Source: Mycolicibacterium smegmatis
GTDB taxonomy: Bacteria > Actinomycetota > Actinomycetes > Mycobacteriales > Mycobacteriaceae
DNA: 32,000 nucleotides
Reading direction: 5' to 3'
Assembly: GCF_001457595.1 (NCBI RefSeq)
Contig: NZ_LN831039.1
Span: 5,910,001 to 5,942,000, forward strand
Made by a program: the position numbers and the translations under genes. The notes beneath the pieces are model-generated. The model did no database searches. It had not been told where the DNA came from and worked only from the letters and a program-made list of their open reading frames with translations. Numbering within the stretch: the first letter of the stretch is position 1; the number at the start of each line of letters is the position of its first letter. This document shows positions 28,415 to 32,000 of this stretch, in pieces.

Positions 28415-29542
28415 ATGAAGACAAAAGGTGCTCTCATCTGGGAGTTCAACCAGCCGTGGTCGATCGAGGAGATCGAGATCGGTGACCCCGTCAAGGACGA
28501 GGTCAAGATCCAGATGGAAGCGTCCGGGATGTGCCACTCCGATCACCACCTGGTGACCGGCGGCATCCCGATGGGTGGCTTCCCGGTGCTCGGCGGCCAC
28601 GAGGGTGCGGGCATCGTCACCGAGGTGGGTCCTGGCGTCGAGGGCATCGAGCCCGGCGACCACGTCGTGCTGTCGTTCATCCCGTCCTGCGGTTCGTGCC
28701 CGTCGTGCCAGGCCGGCCTGCGCAACCTCTGCGATCTGGGCGCGGGTCTGCTCGGTGGCGTCGCCGTCGCCGACGGCACCCACCGCATCCACGCGAACGG
28801 CAAGCCGGTGTTCCCGATGACACTGCTGGGCACGTTCTCGCCGTACATGGTGGTGCACAAGAGCTCGGTGGTGAAGATCGACAAGTCGATCCCGTTCGAG
28901 GTGGCCTGCCTCGTGGGCTGCGGTGTCACCACGGGCTACGGCTCGGCGGTGCGCAGCGGCGACATCCGCCCCGGCGACGACGTCGCGATCTTCGGCATCG
29001 GCGGTGTCGGCATGGGTGCGCTGCAGGGCGCCGTGAACGCCGGTGCGCGTTACATCTTCGCGATCGACCCGGTCGAGTGGAAGCGCGATCAGGCGCTGAA
29101 GTTCGGCGCCACCCACGTCTACCCCGACGTCTTCTCGGCCATGGCGGGCATCGCCGAGGTGACCGCGGGCGGCATGGCCAAGAAGGTCATCGTGACCGTC
29201 GGCGAGCTGCACGGTGAGGACATCGACAACTACCTCAACGTGACCAGCAAGGGCGGCACGTGCGTGGTGACCGCTGTCGGCAGCATGCTCGACACGAACG
29301 CCAACATCAACCTGGCGATGCTGACCCTGCTGCAGAAGAACCTGCAGGGCACCATCTTCGGTGGCGGCAACCCGCACCACGACATCCCGCAGCTGCTGAG
29401 CATGTACAAGGCGGGCAAGCTCAACCTCGACGACATGGTCACGCGCCAGTACCGCCTGGAGCAGATCAACGACGGCTACCAGGACATGCTCGAAGGCCGC
29501 AACATCCGCGGCGTCATCCGCTACACCGACGCCGACCGCTGA
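28415..29542 (+). CDS. adhB: Zn-containing (NDMA-dependent type) alcohol dehydrogenase (AdhB, Rv0761c-like)
   Basis: MKTKGALIWEFNQPWSIEEIEIGDPVKDEVKIQMEASGMCHSDHHLVTGGIPMGGFPVLGGHEGAGIVTEVG...CGSCPSCQAGLRNLCDLGAG...GCGVTTGYGSAV; AGGAG ribosome-binding site upstream. Confidence 0.95.
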   Translation: MKTKGALIWEFNQPWSIEEIEIGDPVKDEVKIQMEASGMCHSDHHLVTGGIPMGGFPVLGGHEGAGIVTEVGPGVEGIEPGDHVVLSFIPSCGSCPSCQAGLRNLCDLGAGLLGGVAVADGTHRIHANGKPVFPMTLLGTFSPYMVVHKSSVVKIDKSIPFEVACLVGCGVTTGYGSAVRSGDIRPGDDVAIFGIGGVGMGALQGAVNAGARYIFAIDPVEWKRDQALKFGATHVYPDVFSAMAGIAEVTAGGMAKKVIVTVGELHGEDIDNYLNVTSKGGTCVVTAVGSMLDTNANINLAMLTLLQKNLQGTIFGGGNPHHDIPQLLSMYKAGKLNLDDMVTRQYRLEQINDGYQDMLEGRNIRGVIRYTDADR

Positions 29543-29552
29543 CAGGGGATCC

Positions 29553-29990
29553 ATGACCGAAGCGACCGACACCTCCACCGAGACACCTGTCGTCACCGCG
29601 TCGCGGGCGTCGTGGCGCTGCGTACAGGCCGGTGACCGCGAGGGCTGGCTGGCCCTGATGGCCGACGACGTCGTCATCGAGGACCCGATCGGGCAGGCCG
29701 TCACCAATCCCGACGGCACCGGTGTGCGCGGCAAGGACGCCGTCGCGGCGTTCTTCGACCAGAACATCGGACCCAACCGGTTGACGGTCACGTGCGAGGA
29801 GACGTTCCCGTCGAGCTCGCCGACCGAGATCGCCTACATCCTGGTGCTGCACACCAGGTTTCCCAACGGGTTCACCGCGACCGTGCGTGGTGTGTTCACC
29901 TACAAGGTGAACGACGCGGGCCTGATCACCAACCTGCGTGGCTACTGGAACATGGACGCGATGAAGTTCGGCCAGGAAGAGACCGATTAG
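29553..29990 (+). CDS. Ketosteroid-isomerase/SnoaL-like protein (Rv0760c-like)
   Basis: 145 aa; WLALMADDVVIEDPIGQAVTNPDGTGVRGKDAVAAFFDQNIGPNRL...MDAMKFGQEETD. Confidence 0.88.
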   Translation: MTEATDTSTETPVVTASRASWRCVQAGDREGWLALMADDVVIEDPIGQAVTNPDGTGVRGKDAVAAFFDQNIGPNRLTVTCEETFPSSSPTEIAYILVLHTRFPNGFTATVRGVFTYKVNDAGLITNLRGYWNMDAMKFGQEETD

Positions 29991-30015
29991 CGGTCCGCTT
30001 GCCGGCCGCGGCGCG

Positions 30016-30843
30016 GTGGTCGTCGGCGGCAGCCGGGGCATCGGTCTCGCGGTCGCCGGTCTGCTCGCGGCGCAGGGCGCCGGCGTCGTGGTCAACGGCC
30101 GCGACGCCGACGCCGCGGAAGCGGCCGCGAAACGGATTTCCGGTGTGGCACATGCCGGTTCGCCCGCAGATCCCGCGGTCGCCGATGCGCTCGTCGACAC
30201 GTGCGTCGCCGAGTTCGGCCGCATCGACATCCTGGTGAACTGCGCGGGCACGGCCGAACCGCACGGGTCGTCGATTCTCGACATCACCAGCGCGCAGTTC
30301 CGTGAGCTGCTCGATGCGCATCTGGGCACGGTGTTCGAAACGTGCCGCGCCGCAGCGCCGAAGATGGTCGCTCACGGCGGCGGCGCCATCGTCAACACCG
30401 GTTCGTTCGCCTACCTCGGCGACTACGGCGGCACCGGTTACCCCGCGGGCAAGGGCGGGGTCAACGCGCTCACGATGGCGGTCGCGGCCGAACTGCGCGA
30501 GCACAAGGTGCGGGCCAACGTGGTGTGCCCTGGCGCCAAGACCAGGTTGTCCACCGGGCCGGAGTACGAGCGGCACATCGCCGAACTCAACCGGCGCGGT
30601 CTGCTCGACGACGTGAGCGCCCAGGGCGCGCTCGACGCCGCGGCACCCGAGTACGCCGCGGCCACCTACGCGTATCTGGTCAGCGACGCCGCACGTGACG
30701 TGACGGGCCGCATCTTCATCGCCGCGGGTGGATTCGTCGGTGAATTCGCCCGCCCCACACCGGGTTTCCTGGGGTTCCGCGACCACCACACGTCACCGCC
30801 GTGGACCGCCGACGAACTGCACCAGATGATCAGTGGCGGGTAG
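30016..30843 (+). CDS. Short-chain dehydrogenase/reductase; true start uncertain and probably upstream at ATT 29986
   Basis: VVVGGSRGIGLAVAGLLAAQGAGVVVNGR...YPAGKGGVNALTMAVAAELREHKVRANVVCPGAKT...GRIFIAAGGFVGEF. Confidence 0.88.
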   Translation: MVVGGSRGIGLAVAGLLAAQGAGVVVNGRDADAAEAAAKRISGVAHAGSPADPAVADALVDTCVAEFGRIDILVNCAGTAEPHGSSILDITSAQFRELLDAHLGTVFETCRAAAPKMVAHGGGAIVNTGSFAYLGDYGGTGYPAGKGGVNALTMAVAAELREHKVRANVVCPGAKTRLSTGPEYERHIAELNRRGLLDDVSAQGALDAAAPEYAAATYAYLVSDAARDVTGRIFIAAGGFVGEFARPTPGFLGFRDHHTSPPWTADELHQMISGG

Positions 30844-31162
30844 CGCACGTCCCGCGTTCGAAGCGCCTGCCGCGCCACGCCGGACGCGCGCCGTGTGAGA
30901 CCGGGACCTTGAACGGGCGGTAGTACGTCAGCACGACGTTGTCGGGGTCATCGGGCGAGTCGGTGCAGTCGAAGAACACCCAACCGTCGACGCCGCGGCG
31001 GATGAGTTCGGGATGGTCGGCCACCTCCCACCAACTCGCGGCGGGGACATCGAGGTCCATCCACTCGAAGCGGTCATCTCGTTCGTTCGGGGAGGCCGGT
31101 TCCTCACCTTCTGCTTCCCACCTGACCGCGTCGGCCACGAGCCCGTCAACTCCTTCGCACAT
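30830..31162 (-). CDS. Conserved hypothetical small acidic protein
   Basis: 110 aa, ATG 31162; upstream purine-rich GAAGGG; fills an otherwise empty gap with GC-rich third positions. No recognised domain. Confidence 0.6.
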
Positions 31163-31233
31163 CTAATAAGCCCTTCTATCCAACCGCTTGGTCGGCGCGG
31201 ACGCAACGAGACGGTCGTCTCACCGGCGTCACT

Positions 31234-31662
31234 ATGCTCATGTCCATGGCGACCGTCTTCACGAAGATCATCAACCGCGAACTGCCCGGCCGTTTCGTCT
31301 ACGAAGACGACGACATCGTGGCGTTCCTGACGATCGAACCCATGACGCAGGGCCACACGCTCGTGGTGCCGCGCGCCGAACTCGACAACTGGCAGGACAT
31401 CGAACCCGCCGTGTTCGCCCGGGTCATGGAGGTCTCGCAGTTGATCGGCAAGGCGGTCTGCAAGGCCTTCGACACCGAGCGTTCGGGCCTGATCATCGCC
31501 GGCCTCGAGGTGCCGCACCTGCACGTCCACGTCTTCCCCGCGCGCAACCTGTCCGACTTCGGGTTCGCCAACGTCGACCGCAACCCGTCACCGGAGTCCC
31601 TCGACGAGGCGCAGGCGAAGATCAAAGCCGCGCTGGCAGATCTGCAATCCGCGGCAGGCTGA
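31234..31662 (+). CDS. HIT family protein (Rv0759c-like)
   Basis: [45 protein letters not shown]...histidine triad [17 protein letters not shown] 31240/31246 also possible. Confidence 0.95.
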
Positions 31663-32000
31663 CGGTGAACCGGGAGCCCTTCCCGAGCGCCGTGGTGACC
31701 TTCACGGTTCCGCCGTGCGCGTACACCAGTGAGTCGACGATGGACAGTCCCAGCCCCGTGCCGCCGCTGGCGCGGGTGCGCGACGTGTCCGCGCGGTAGA
31801 ACCGCTCGAACACGCGGCGCGCATCCTCCTGGCTCATGCCGGGGCCCTCGTCGCACACTTCGAGAACCGCGTTGTCGCCGTCGGTGCCCACACGCACCGT
31901 GATGCCCGCGGTCTCGGGCGTGTGCTGTACGGCGTTGGCGACGAGGTTGCCGATCACCTGGCGCAGGCGGGCCTCGTCGCCCAGCACCTCCGGGGTGCCC
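31622..32000 (-). CDS. phoR: C-terminal part of sensor histidine kinase (PhoR-like by synteny), running off the right edge
   Basis: [27 protein letters not shown] (N box), EVCDEGPGM (G1), [32 protein letters not shown] (F/G2 boxes). Confidence 0.85.

Overview
This 32 kb window is high-GC, gene-dense actinobacterial chromosome, almost certainly Mycolicibacterium smegmatis or a close relative. Gene content and order match the M. tuberculosis Rv0757-Rv0782 neighbourhood: phoR-like kinase, HIT protein, adhB, [3Fe-4S] ferredoxin, cyp51, cyp123-like, tetR, aldA, SDR, 3-hydroxyisobutyrate dehydrogenase-like, CMD-like, purD, esterase, purB, cyp126-like, purC and oligopeptidase B. I found no IS element, phage module, CRISPR array, tRNA or rRNA. 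The most distinctive items are: (1) a DUF429 (RNase H-fold) protein fused to a RelA/SpoT (p)ppGpp synthetase domain, matching the already described M. smegmatis RHII-RSD/RelZ; (2) a protein with an AbiEi-type antitoxin HTH and a DUF559/Vsr-like nuclease-fold domain, with no toxin partner, preceded by a perfect 16-bp-stem hairpin; (3) a divergent oxidoreductase 'super-cluster' at 18.6-30.8 kb around CYP51, with the regulator's promoter predicted to be leaderless; (4) a poorly characterised Cys/His-rich protein and a cysteine-free CMD-like protein in that cluster; (5) several 3'-overlapping convergent gene pairs and stop-codon-embedded hairpins; (6) an SDR gene with no obvious full-length canonical start. 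I did not find a clearly unprecedented system. The strongest candidates for new work are the metabolic cluster and the orphan AbiEi-DUF559 protein. All family calls are by reading translated motifs; no database search was run.
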